Shown: positions 1 to 53,254, counted from the first letter of the stretch. The stretch is DNA of 64,000 nt from the human T2T-CHM13v2.0 reference genome, Homo sapiens (GCF_009914755.1 NC_060925.1); one strand, 5' to 3'. Numbers and translations are program-made. The notes: generated from the sequence alone by a model not told the origin.

Positions 1-106
1 GGAGTGCAATGACAATCATAGTTCACTCTAACCTCAAACTTCTGGGCTTAAGTTATCCTTTGGCCTCAGCCTTCTGAATAGGTGGGACTACAAATGAGGC
101 ATCATA

Positions 107-142
<36 letters not shown>

Positions 143-267
143 TGTATGTGTGAGATATGAAGTCTTACTATGTTGTGAGGCTGGTCTCCAACTCCTGGTC
201 TCAGGTGATTGTTCTGCCTTGTCCTCCCAAAGTGCTGGGATTACAGGTTTGAATCACTGCACCCTTC
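1..267 (-). mobile_element. Old Alu (AluJ-like), truncated by window edge, with internal (TG)n at ~112-137
   Basis: Antisense Alu motifs ggagtgcaatg and cccaaagtgctgggattacagg; TG run in the linker. Confidence 0.85.
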
Positions 268-385
268 CCCCTTGCATTCTACAGTAATTTCACCACAATG
301 TTACCAAGAAATTTAACAACTTGTTAATATTACAAAGCTACCAAGTAAGGTTTGAACCCAAGTCTTCCTCTAAAACCCATATTAT

Positions 386-1976
386 TGTGTCCGGAATTGG
401 TGGGTTCTCGGTCTCACTGACTTCAAGAATGAAGCCGCGGACCCTAGCGGTGAGTGTTACAGCTCTTAAGGTGGCGCGTCTGGATTCTGTCCCTTCTGAT
501 GTTTGGATGTGTTTGGAGTTTCTTCCTTTTGGTGGGTTGGTAGTATCGCTGGCTCAGGAGTGAAGCTGCAGACCTTCGCGGTGAGTGTTACAGCTCTTAA
601 GGCCGCGCATCTGGAGTTGTTTGTTCCTCCCAGTGGGCTCGTGGTCTGGCTGGGCTCAGGAGTGAAACTGCAGATCTTCGTGGTGAGTGTTACAGCTCAT
701 AAAAGCAGCGTGGACCCAGAGTGAGCAGTAGCAAGATTTATTGCAAAGAGCAAAAGAACAAAGCACCCACACTGCGGAAAGGGACCCGAGCGGGTTGCCA
801 ATGCTGGCTCCAGCAGCCTGCTTTTATTCTCTTATCTAGCCCCACCCACATCCTGCTGATTGGTAGAGCCCAGTGGCCTGTTTTGTCAGGGCACTGATTG
901 GTGCGTTTACAATCCCTGAGCTTGATACAAAGGTTCTCCACCTCCCCATCACATTAGTTAGATACAGAGTTTGGACACACAGGTTCTCCAAGGCCCCACC
1001 AGAGCAGCTAGATACACAGTGTCGATTGGTGCATTCACAAACCTTGAGCTAAACACAGGGTGCTGATTGGTGTGTTTACAAACCTTGAGCTACATACAGA
1101 GTGCCGATTGGTGTATTTACAATCCCTGAGCTAGATACAGAGTGCCGATTGGTGTGTTTACAATCCCTGAGCTAGACATAAAGGTTCTCCAAGGCCCCAC
1201 CAGAGCAGCTAGATACACAGTGTCCATTGGTGCACTCACAAACCTTGAGCTAAACACAGGGTGCTGATTGGTGTATTTACAATCCCTGAGCTAGACATAA
1301 AGACTCTCCAGGTCCCCACTAGACTCAGAAGCCCAACTGGCTTCACCTAGTGGATCCCGCACAGGGGCTGCAGGTGGAGCTACCTGCCAGTCCCCTGCCG
1401 TGCGCTCGCATTCCTCAGCCCTTGGGTGGTCCATGGGACTGGGCGCCATGGAGCAGGGGGTGGTGCTTGTCGGGGAGGCTGGGGCCGCACAGGAGCCCAT
1501 GGAGTGGGTGGGAGGCTCAGGCATGGCGGGCTGCAGGTCCGGAGCCCTGCCCTGCGGGAACGCAGCTAAGGCTCGGTGAGAAATAGAGCGCAGCGCCGGT
1601 GGGCTGGCACTGCTGGGGGACCCAGTACACTCTCCGCAGCCACTGGCCCGGGTGCTAAGTCCCTCATTGCCCAGGGCCAACAGGGCTGGCCGGCTGCTCC
1701 GAGTGCTGGGCCGCCAAGCCCACGCCCGCCCACCCGGAACTCCAGCTGGCCCGCAAGCGCCGCACGCAGCCGCGGTTCCCGCTGGCGCCTCTCCCTCCAC
1801 ACCTCCCTGCAAGCTGAGGGAGCCGGCTCTGGCCTTGGCCAGCCTAGAAAGGGGCTCCCACAGTGCAGTGGTGGGCTGAAGGGCTCCTCAAATGCCGCCA
1901 AAGTGGGAGCCCAGGCAGAGGAGGTGCCAAGAGCAAGCGAGGGCTCTGAGGACTGCCAGCACGCTGTCACCTGTCA
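386..1976 (-). mobile_element. LTR12C (ERV9) solo LTR
   Basis: Minus strand starts TGACAGGTGACAGCGTGCTGGCAGTCC and ends CCAATTCCGGACACA. CpG-rich U3, tandem CCAAT repeats, 4-bp TSD TTAT (382-385 / 1977-1980). Confidence 0.93.
822..1271 (-). promoter_or_regulatory. LTR12C promoter/enhancer: 8 CCAAT (NF-Y) boxes in tandem repeats plus AATAAAA TATA-like box
   Basis: + strand attgg motifs near 858, 896, 1024, 1065, 1106, 1147, 1225 and 1266; ttttatt at 822-828. Confidence 0.8.
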
Positions 1977-2322
1977 TTATCAACAACTTGACTAAAATAC
2001 CTCTGTGTTTGGTGAGTGAACAACAATAACGTTTCTTATTTATCAGTTACTTTCTAGGCCAGATTATTTACATATATTATTTAAACAACACAATACTGCT
2101 TCAAAATATGGGGTGTTTGTTATTCCCTTTGTCCAAGGAGGAAAAAGAGAAAGAGATTAAGTAATGTTTAACTAAAACCATTGAGCAACTTCAAACTAGC
2201 AAGTCATTATGTGAGATTCTAACTTGAAAAATCAATTTAATTAATATCACGTTATATCTGTGTTCCACGCTGTCTCTAAAAGAAAGAGAAAAAAATAAAC
2301 AGTGAGAGAAGAGAGTAAGATC

Positions 2323-2347
2323 GTGTGTGTGTGTGTGTGTGTGTGTG
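2323..2347. repeat. (GT)n microsatellite
   Basis: About 12 GT units; a shorter paralogous run lies at ~50451-50462. Confidence 0.95.
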
Positions 2348-2362
2348 AATACTGGTGACAAT

Positions 2363-2412
2363 GAAAGTGAAAGTAGAGCAGGGTTATTTCAAAATAGAAG
2401 CAATTCTAGGAA
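2363..2412. promoter_or_regulatory. IRF-E/ISRE (GAAAGTGAAAGT, 2363-2374) plus palindromic GAS (TTCTAGGAA, 2404-2412)
   Basis: Exact matches to the IRF1 consensus and to TTCN3GAA, 30 bp apart, in an interferon-induced gene cluster. Confidence 0.65.
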
Positions 2413-3661
2413 ATCAGCTGCTTTTTTTCTTCTCAACAATAAAATCTATCGTTTATATCGGGGAACCATAAAATAGCTCCAGGGACAACTGAATCTTTGT
2501 GAATTATGTATAGTTTAAGGGTAAAGATGAATACTTGTTTATTAGCTAAAAGAGCCCTTTTTTCTAAGTTTCTGGCCCTTCCTTCACTATGCTAAACATT
2601 GTAATTGCCCTGTGAGCCAAAGGCAGTAACTTCATTCCAGGGTGATTATCATAGGTGAGAAACTTGATGAACACAGGGGCCATGTGGTGTCCAGTCCCTC
2701 AGAGAGAACAGGGTAAATTCAGACAAGTGTGCATGTTCTTTCTAATTCAGTGACTCCCTTCTGCACTAGTTTCTAAACTTGTGTCCTTTATTTTGAGAGC
2801 TCTAGAAATTGGGAATACAGTGAGGTTATGGTAAATTGGGGCCATACTGGAGGGTAGCTTATGTACTTAGCTCACACCTGAGCTTATGTGGTGGGTTTTG
2901 TGCTTGGAACTAAACCTAAGTTGATGAAGAAGACCTAGCTCCTGAGATCAAAGGTGGTAGACGGGTGTAAATAGGCATTTTCAATGTTACAATTATATAA
3001 CATCTTCAATGGTAGGAGTGACAAGATGGTGCCATGGCAAAACTGGGAAGGGCATCTCATCCAGCCTTGGAAATTTAGGAAGTAGGACACTTTAAGGATG
3101 AGCGGGGGCTGAGAAATAACAGATATAGTGTGAGGAAGCAGGGTTTTAAGAAATCTTTGCCCCTTTTGCAAAGGCCCTCAGTCAAGAGAATATGCCCAGC
3201 TTATGGACTTATAAGGAGTTCATTCGAGTTCATTCAAGTACTGAGAACTAGAAAGCCAAAACAAATTCCTAAAATGTTGAGTTGAAAAAAAAAATTTCCT
3301 TCTACTTCATCGTCTTATAAATATGGGACAGCATTTAGAGACCATTCCAAGCAACATCCCAGGGGACTTTGTATCTGAAAGTATACTTTGGAATAAACTT
3401 TGAAATCTTTATTGAAAGGTCACAATAAAAACGAAATTAGGATGCATGTCTTGTGCCCTTTTTAGTTCCTTGTTCTGATGAGCAAGCTTTTCCTGTTGAG
3501 CTGACTTATGCTATTTCTAGTGGTATTAATCACTTTCTTCCTATCATGGGAACTCTCCCATCCATTCATTATTATTTCCTTTTTAATTTTAGTAATAATT
3601 TTTGTCCATGTTTAAATACATATCAATAATAAGTTCGTATAAAATATTAAAGACACAGAAG

Positions 3662-4490
3662 ATCACGAAGTATGATTTTTTTTTTGGTGGATTAGTATAT
3701 AGAAACTGCTTTCGGCTCCCTGAGAGGCTGGATGGAGGTGGAGGCTATGTGCTTGCGGTGCTGGTAGAGGTGCTACAATAGAATGTAATTTACTATGGTG
3801 CTGAGGTCACCCTGGTTAATGCTGCCTGCGCGAAGAGGACAAATGCATAGAAAGACTCAAGAGAGTGTGACAAAACCATATTGACAAAAGAGTGAAAGAC
3901 TTCTGGAGTGCACACATCAGAGGAGCTTCCTTCTGGCTTCATAATGCCTTGGAAGAGGAAAGAACAAGAGATTTTCATAAGAATTTGCAATCACTGCTTG
4001 GCCTCCCAAAATCTTGAACAAATCAGATCAAAGATCAAATCCATGCTGTGGCAGCAATTCTTTATAACTAAATGGAGCTCCCTATATGGAATACAAGAAA
4101 GTAAGACTTTATAAGTAGTTTAAAATCCTTTAATGTATCCTTTTTTTCAACTAAGTATATTATATTTGTGTTCATCTTGACAATCTTATCTTTGTTTTGC
4201 TTTTGATATGTCTGACAACCCACTTTAAGACTGATTATTCCAGTCCTTGATAATAGAGTCTATGTAGTGGATTTGGAGTTATGAAACACAAGTTGAGGTC
4301 ATAACTTGGCAACCTAACGGATGATCTTGGGCAAATAGATTAATCTCACTATCTTCCTTTTATTATCCATAGATAATAACATTTGCCTTTCAAGGTTATA
4401 GTAAGAACTAAAGGAAATCTGTATTTGTTAACCTAAAGCACTCAACAAAGATAATAAATATAACATTAATGTAATCAATTTTTATTAAAA
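3662..4490 (+). other. Retroposed non-repeat segment (orphan transduction or processed-transcript fragment) with a MIR remnant
   Basis: 13-bp TSD aaag(a/g)cacagaag (3649-3661 / 4491-4503), AATAAA at 4453, short A-tail, absent from the paralogous site near 54100. Confidence 0.65.
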
Positions 4491-5127
4491 AAAGGCACAG
4501 AAGAATATATGATGTGAAATGAGTTATTTTCTAATTTCTCACCTCAACTATTCAGGTTCATTCCTGCTGTGACCATGTATACTAGATAATTTTCTATTTT
4601 TCCAGAAGGAGATAATAATATATGCATACATTTATTATTTTCTAAATTCAGTGGTAGTAATTATACATGCTTCGTGCATCATTTTTTTTTTTTACTTATG
4701 ATACATCTTGGAGACTTGTCATTGTTAGTTCAAATAGAGCTTCTCCCTTCATTTTAGTGGCTGTAGAGTATTCCTTTATGAGTGTTTCCCAAGATTTCCC
4801 TTATCAGTACCTGAAAGAGGGGCTTTAATGTTTTTTTCAGTCTTTTGGCATTACAACAATGCTGCAACATAAGTACTATTTTATATATACCATTTTCAAT
4901 TTGAGTAAATCAATCTATATGATAGATTTCTAAATGTGGAAATGCTAGATCAAAGGTATGTGCACTTAAATATTTCATATATGATTCCAACAGTTCACAC
5001 TCTCACTAGCAAATATGAGACACTGACAATATCCTCAAACCCTTGCCAGCTCAGTGCCCTGTCAAACTGTTCTTTCAAGCCCATGATAAATTGAAGCAAG
5101 AACCTCATAGTTTTTCTTTGCACAACT

Positions 5128-5158
5128 TTTATTGTCAGTAAAATTAAACATTTTTATT
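5128..5158 (-). terminator. GBP7: Candidate GBP7 polyadenylation signals (AATAAA x2)
   Basis: + strand tttatt at 5128-5133 and 5153-5158, ~360-390 nt after the stop codon. Confidence 0.65.
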
Positions 5159-5517
5159 ATCATATTTTTGCCTGTTTAAAATATGTGGCGTTACTCTCTT
5201 CTCACTGATTTGCAAGAGCTAATTATAACTTAAATTATCTCTGTGACTATAACATTAATTGAAAATAATTTCTTTATATTACCATTTGTCCTTTTGCTTT
5301 ACTTAAATCTTTTCTAGGAATAATTTTATCTTCTAACTTGTTCCCCATTTCTATTAATTATTACTTTAGTCAAAATTAAGTTTGTTTTTATGAACTTCAG
5401 GCCATAATATTCTTTGAAATTTGCTTTTTAATTTTAAACTCTTCTTAAATGAAACTGCAATAACACATATACTTTTAAAATGAGCAACAGCGTTATACCA
5501 TTTTAACAAAAGAAACC

Positions 5518-45313
<39,796 letters not shown>

Positions 45314-45519
45314 GTTCAGGGCGTTCCTCTGTCTGCAAGGAAAAAATGAAATGGAAAGTAATGTCTGGTAAGTCAGTTGAGCTGAAATCTATAATAGGGC
45401 ATAAATCTTTGTTTTCTATTCTTGAACATTGTTTCTTGTGCATTTCTAAGGAGACCTGTGGCCCTTTAAGGCTGTCCTATAGACTGGGCCACTGTCTGCC
45501 CTTTAAAATAATTTCATTT

Positions 45520-47750
45520 TGAAATAGACTTACAGAAGCATGATAGGTATGAAGAGTGCCCATACACCACTTCCCTGGCTTCCCCTAATGTCGATATTTT
45601 ACTTAACCATAGAACAATTACTGAAACCAGGGTTTTAGCATCAATACAATGATAACTAATCTACACTCCTTATTCACATTTCACCAGTTTCCCACTAATG
45701 TCCTTCTGCTTCATGATCCAATCCAGGATCCCTCATTGCATTTAGTCATTATGTTTCTGTAGTTTTCTTGCATCTTTGATAGTTCGTTATTCGTTCTTTG
45801 TCTTTCATGTCTTTGACATTTTAGAATAGCACTGGCCTGTGATTTTGAGGAATATCCTTCAATTTGGAGTTTTCTGATGTTTCCTCATTGATTGAAGTTA
45901 TGCATTTTTTTTTGCAAATGTCACAGAAGTGATGTTCTGCCATTTTCAGTGTCTTGTATTAAGGGATTCATGATGTTGACATTACTTTTTCTGGTGCTAT
46001 GGCCTTAACTTTGATCACTTGGTTAAAGTGCTTGCTGCCAGATTTCGCCACCTTAAAGAGTTATGTGCCACTTTGTCACTAAAAAGTTTCCATTTTGAGA
46101 AACAGTTTGGAGACTATGCAAATACAATCTCATCATACTTTTTTTTTTTTTCAGCCACTACTTTTAGTTTTTATTGATGATTCTTTTTGTGGTGTTTGAC
46201 TAAATAGGATTTTCTATTATAGTCATTCTTTCTATATTAACTGGAGTTCTACCGTGAGCAAGGGCTGTTCCTTCTTTATTTATTTTGTTTGCTCATTTAA
46301 TCATTTACTTGTATCAATGCAGACTCAGAGATATTAGTTTTATTCTGAGGGTTTCAATACTTTACTGTCAATATTTGTTCTGTTACTCAACTTGTCCTAG
46401 ATTTTGTCATTGAGAGCTTCTTCAAGCTGGATCCATTTTTTTTTTACATGCTTCCATCATATTTTCAGCGCTTCTTTCCTTTTTGGCTCCACAACGTATT
46501 CTAGAAAAAATATCTGTATTTTTCCTGCTTTATCCCTAGAATCTAACATTTCTCCCAGTATCTTTGGTTTCTTTCAATGGATAATGGTACTTTGACACCA
46601 ATATATCACTCTAGGTGTGTTCATTATTTCTAGACCCACTCAGGGGCAAAGTTAAGAAATATATGTATGTATACTAGGACACATCTATATTTATTTTTAT
46701 CTGTACATTTCTATAATAAAGCTTGAGATTCTGTTGATATTTCCAGTTCCAATCCAACACATCTGAGCTTATTCAAGCTTTTGACTTTCCTTTTTAAACT
46801 ATTTTCTCCAAGTAAGCTAGACTTTGGTCTTCTAACACATAATACATTTGTTTCCTTGCTCAGTCCTAGTATATTCATATAGTAGTTTCAAAATTGATAA
46901 TAAGTCTGTGGAAAAATAAATTTACTTCCTATAGAAAATTATTAGTGTACAGTTCTTTTGGTCTTTAGCCTTATATACACACTCAAAACATTGCATTCCA
47001 AAGTTGCTTAGGTTAGCTTTTTCCTTCTCCACCTTCTTCAGTATGGTTAAATTATTCGTTTGTAAAACAGTTAGTTACATTTGTTACTGTTTGTGTTTCA
47101 GTTTGGCCTCCTTCACATCTTGGTATCTTGGTTGATTTTAAGTATGATTTATTTTTTGAGTTTGTGAAACATCATGGTTCTGAAATGCAGAGCTTTTCAA
47201 AAAGTTACAGTCAGAGAAGTGTCACTTTTCCTTCATCTTACCACTCCACTCACATTGCAGTGGTCTTCTATTCTTTCTACCACATTCCCACCCATCCTCC
47301 ATAGATACCCAATCTTGTTAGTTTCTGGTTTACGCTTCTTGGATTTTCTTTTCTCAAATGAGAATGTACATATTTTCTTTTTCACATTTTCTAACACGAA
47401 GATCACATCATATAGAAATTTGGAAATCCCTCCACATCTGTTCATAGAAAGCTTTTAAAATCCTTTTAACATGTATCTACTCCTTTATGTGGATTATACC
47501 CCAGTTTATTCAATCACTCTTCAATGTATGGGCATTTAGATTGTTTCAAATATTTTGCAATTACAAACAATGCTGCAATGAATAACTCTGCTAACGTTAT
47601 GCATGTGTATTTTTATATTGTTACAGGAGTAATTTCAGGATAGAGTCCTACCAACGGGATTGCTTGGTCAAAAGATGAGAGTATATAATTTTGTAGATAT
47701 TGCCAAGTTCCTCTCCAGAAAGTTGTACAAGGTTGCATTCCCACCAGCTC
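45520..47750 (-). mobile_element. Ancient L1M fragments in GBP7 intron 1
   Basis: Motifs such as ataatttcattttgaaata..., tccaatccaggatcc..cattgcatttag and ttacaaacaatgctgcaatgaata; boundaries approximate. Confidence 0.55.
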
Positions 47751-49299
47751 ATCTTGTATGTCATTTTCTAGAAAATGGAATTTTTCCTAGGTGCCCCGCT
47801 TGCTCTTCTGAATTAATTACAAAATTTCCTTTGGAAGCTTTTCACGTTCACATTTAGATCTTTGGACTGAGCAAAGCTGAGCTCGCTGAGCTCATGTATA
47901 TAGTAGTAGTAATCTTCACCTGGGAAACATTGTGTTATACATATCTCTATACTTTGAAACATAGATACCATTCTAACCCATTCTTGGTCCTGATTTCTTG
48001 CAAGCCCCTCTGTGGGCAGGGTCTGGTCAGACTGTGGGACTCAGGTTACCCAATGGCTTCCTCCTCTCACTGTGCATCAGCATTCACACGTTATTCATGC
48101 AAGCCTGATAGCTCGCACCTGACACTTACTCTGTTGATTTTTGACTTGATTATGTTAACAGATTTTGAATTCTCTGCATTTGAAGATTGATTCTTTATTA
48201 CCTCCATGTATATCAGTCTGCATATTGTTTTTAATTATTTCATGTAATGAAGTCACAGCATGAAACATTCTTTGAAAAACCATGGCTTGTTTTTTGTCTG
48301 ATCTCTGCTGTATAGAGAGTAGCATATGCACAATTGTAATCATGCTATCTTTATCCAGGGCTTGATAAATTAAATATTTTGATAATTTTGTAAAGTTAAA
48401 AGGAGTGAAAAGCCTTCTTGTAGTGATGCTTTAATTTTGTGTTTTTAAGTTGAATGTCTCAATCCTTGTAACTTATGTGATCATGATACAAAATATATAA
48501 TCTCTTTAAGATACAAGCAAATATAGATGATAGATACTGCAGTTTTCTTTTTTATCCTATAATAAAGAGTGGTTTGTTTCCACTATAGAGTTGGTTACTT
48601 CTGACTTGTTCCTCTGGAGGTTTATATTAAATTATCTGGCTTCCCATCACTTCAGCAGAAGATGGAAAAAAAGCCGTTTATTTTTCTGTGATCATGACCC
48701 ATTTCCTCTTATAGCAATGGCCTACAGGATCTGCTGGCAAGCAAGAAGGGCAAACCAGAAACTAAAAAGATTGGGTATCTATGGAAGATGAGTGAAAACA
48801 GAGTATGCGTCTGTCCAATTCTGTAGCATATACTATGCTACCATAACATAGGAATCAATCAGTCACCGGCTCAGAAAGGTGGTGGCACAAAGATGTTATA
48901 AGGTCCTGGATTATAATAATGTGTTGCCTCTTTTTGCAGATCCCAAGTTGCCTACCTTCATTTACCTAGAGCTATAAATGTTGGGCCCAATAAAGAAAGT
49001 GACAGAGCCTATTAGGCAGATATTTAAAGATAACAGTAATTTAAGATGGTGTCAGAAAAGAAATAACAATCTTAGAACACTGGCTTCTCTGAATATCTGT
49101 TCCACCTCTGCTGAAGCCTAATCTGACACAGCAGGAATTAGAGCACACTAAGGTACACACAGCCACCTAAGAGGCCAGGATTTCATCTGGACTTGTATCC
49201 TGTAGCTGGCTCAGCTGCAGCCTATCTTGGGGATGGTCAACTTAGAGAAAACTAATGGATCCTTATAAATCATGAAATCCTTATAAGTCATAGTCTTAC

Positions 49300-49430
49300 C
49301 CAGAGTAGAGATCCTCTGGACTTGGTAAGAAGGCAGCTTCAATGAGAAAGTTATGAGTCTTTATTCTCTTCTCTTTAGTTCTGAATTTGGCTGCACTGAT
49401 TTCTCCCACTTTTTTTCTTGCTGGAACTTT
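49300..49430 (-). other. GBP7: GBP7 non-coding exon 1 (5' end approximate)
   Basis: Strong donor GG|gtaaga at 49300/49299, downstream of a TATA-like box and GBP-promoter homology. Confidence 0.65.
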
Positions 49431-49459
49431 GGACTTTTACCTTACCTCTCCAATGTCAT

Positions 49460-49551
49460 GGGGCTTTCCAGACTTTCTAGAGACCTGTATTTATACATGT
49501 AAAAAACAATGCAACCTCTGCAAATAAATAGAGTAATATGACAGTCCATGA
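49460..49551 (-). promoter_or_regulatory. GBP7: GBP7 proximal promoter: NF-kB site GGGGCTTTCC (49460-49469), TATAAATA (49495-49488), decayed ISRE/GAS (49551-49528)
   Basis: Minus strand CATGGACTGTCATATTACTCTATTT resembles the classical GBP promoter element ACTTTCAGTTTCATATTACTCTAAA (recalled). Confidence 0.65.
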
Positions 49552-50673
49552 TTTAGCAACAATAAAAGAAATTGCTGACAGCTGTGCTAGTGAGAGGATT
49601 TGACATAATTTCTCAAACAGAATCTTCCAATTTTATTATTGGAAGAGATCTTAGAGACAGCTTGCGATTATTAAAAAAACTTCAATGAATCGTTTAAAAT
49701 AATGACATTCATCTCATGTTTGTGGGCCACATTGAGAAGTACAGGAATAAGAAAGCTTAATATAATATTATTTAGGTTCAATTGGCTTGAATATTAGACT
49801 CTTAAAATGGAACTCATTATTTGTGTTTAATAATGAGGACTCTAAGTGCCCTGAAGGAATGTCCACGTCTTATACATGTTTGAATTATTAGCACCTAACT
49901 CAGGTCTTGGCACTTAACATTTAATAAATAATAATGAAGATAGTACCCGTTTTGTTTACATAGATTATCCCATTGTATTCTTATCACAAATACTTTTACC
50001 ACAATGTTAAAAGAGGGATTTAATAATTTGTTACAATTACAGAGCTACTAAATAAGATTTGGGCCCAAGAAGTCTTGCTGTCAGTCACTTCATTAAAATA
50101 CCTCTGTGTTTGCTGAGTGTACAATAACAATGTTTTCTCCTTATCAGTTCCATTCTAGGCCATATTCTTTACACATACCATTTTAAATATCAAAATACCT
50201 CAAGATAAAGGTTGTTTATTATCCCCATTGTCCAAGGGGGAAAAATAATCAGAAAACGGGTAATTAATATGTCTAACTAAAGCCATTGAGCTACACACCA
50301 AGGTAGCAAGTAATTGAGCGAGATTCAAACTTGAAAATCCATTTGGTTAAAACCACATTGATTCTCTACTGCACATTGTCTCTAAAAGAGAGGAAGGTGG
50401 GAAGCGGGGAAGAGAGAGAGAGAAATGGAGAGCAGAGAGTAAGACTTCTCTGTGTGTGTGTGAATATTGATGAGATTTAAAGTGAAAGTAAGGCAGGGTT
50501 ATTTCAAAACAGAACTATTGCTAGGAAATCACCTGCTTCTAAGTAATAAAATCTATTGTTTATATCATGCAAACAAAAAATAGCCCCAGGCAAAATTGAA
50601 TCTTTGTGAATCATGTATAATTTAAGGGTACATAAATTTATAAGAAAAAAAGATCCCACTTTCCCAACTTGTG

Positions 50674-50966
<293 letters not shown>

Positions 50967-51422
50967 CCCAGCTTGTTTTTAGAGTGTTTCTTTAGAGACA
51001 AGTGGGCCAGAGTCCTTTCTTTAACCTTTTGAATACAAATAGAGCTTTCTAGGGGCTAAATATCAGTGCCAGCTTTACAACCCAGAGATGTCTTCAAGAG
51101 TCTGGGCTCCATGCCTTTTGAAATGGAAATATCCAGAAAGACAGAGACCCAGGCTTCCTGACACTTTGGGAGCTTAAGCCCGGTGCCTATCCTGTCTATA
51201 GCCATTTCTTCCAAGGGAGATAAATTTTAATATTCTTTTAGATAAGCAAATGGCTACCACATTTCCAAGGTGAGCATAGGATGAAGAATACAAGGAAGGT
51301 ATAGCAAATTTGAGGATGTACCAGCAAATTGTGTTGTCAGTTCTCTAATGGGAAAACAGGATGGCATTGATCCTAGGGAAACATGTTATATATAAACCAG
51401 CTAAAAATAGTGCAGTGTAAAT

Positions 51423-51715
<293 letters not shown>

Positions 51716-51729
51716 TTATAAAACATGAA

Positions 51730-53254
51730 TAAGAAAAGACATTAAAATTAAAATTAAAATGACTAACAGTCACCATTATTACATGTAATTGAGACTACTA
51801 AAATAGTTTTACATGCAAATTGTATAAGAAGAATAGAATGTGTTTTTTTTTTTTTTGTAAAACGTTATAAGAAGGTATGGAAAAGTAAATTATTGCCTAG
51901 GGTTAAACAATTGTTTTAAATTAAGATAAAGCTAAAAGTTCAAATAAGTGGTGGAAGGTTTCTAAAAATCTTGCAAAAGAAATTCTCTGTGTGAACATAT
52001 TGACTAAATTCAGAAAGGTATTATATTGTTTTTCTGTAAACTGAGCATTAAAAGTACAATAAGGTTTTCTTAAGGCACTAATTTGCTCTTCGGCAAAATT
52101 TGTAAAGGGTTATAAAAGGCTTTTGCTTCTTTAATATTTCTGAGTCAACCTTTTGGCAAAATACATCATTCATGGTAATCTGGAATTCTATTTCATAGTA
52201 TCAAGTGTTTTAAACTCCGAACATATTTAACAGCCTTCCCAAAATCAAACTTCAGTTTCAAAATTGTCTTTCCCGATGCCTGGCTTTTTGGAAGGATCAG
52301 GGGGCCCCTGAATCACCCAGAGAAGAGGTAAACAGGATTATTTAACATGTTTAGGTACATAGTATTGCCAAAATGTTGTTCAATCTTTAGGTTATATTTT
52401 TGTGAATAATGCTAATATATGTCCCAAAATTGTATGAGATTTCTAAAATTTTTAATGTCTAAGTACATGCTGTCAATTATAATTATAGTTATTATATTAA
52501 GTTATAGTAGACCACATAAATAACCAAATTTCCTTGTATAAAGCTACTAATCTAAGTAGAACAAAAAAATTAATTGAATAACCAGGTTTTGTTTTTCCTC
52601 TTGCAAATGTCTGTAACGAGCATTCTTAACAGCATAGGTATCCACCTCCTGAAGTTCCAGTTAAATCTTTTAACCAAATTCACTTTCTCTCACCTAGAGA
52701 CCATCAAGCTTCAGAAGATCATGTGACAAATGTTCCAGCCAGTTCCAGTTGAAGACACCACCCCTGGCCATCAAGAAGCTACTCTGCCTCCACTAGACAG
52801 AGCAGGGTGACAGTTCCGTGATCCCCAATAGGTAGGGACTTTGCTTCAAGCCAGCATGAGGCAGTTACAGAAGAAAGACCATTAGTCACTCCACCTCCCA
52901 TAAAGATTTATGGGGATGACATCTCTCAGGGAGGAAATGAGGCAGGAAAATAGGATCTGGAGGCATAGAACATAAGGCCTATTCACACTTCAGCTATGCC
53001 GGGAAATATTATCTCCATTTACATAGGGCATACACAAAGTAACCAATGGAAACCTCTAGAGGGTATTTAAATCCCCCAAAATTCTGTAACAGGACCCTTG
53101 AGCCCCTATGCTTGGGCCCACTCCCACACTGTGGAGTGTACTTCCATTTTCAATAAATATCTGCTTTTGTTGCTTCATTCTTTCCTTTCTTTGTGTGTTT
53201 TGTCCAATCCTTTGTTCAAGATACCAAGAACCTGGACACCCTCCACTGGTAACA
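51730..53254 (+). mobile_element. MER4-group ERV internal remnant plus MER51-like 3' LTR (52938-53254)
   Basis: PPT agggaggaaa, then TGAGGCAGGAAAATAGG...GGTAACA; absent from the paralogous interval ~2525-2660. Confidence 0.75.

Noticed and set aside
890-1300. Array of ~40-bp repeats that could resemble a CRISPR array
   Set aside because: These are the LTR12 CCAAT tandem enhancer repeats in human DNA; no unique spacers and no cas genes.
1291-1995. GC-rich ORFs of 134-173 aa on both strands
   Set aside because: They lie within the LTR12C U3 region; GC richness explains the lack of stops.
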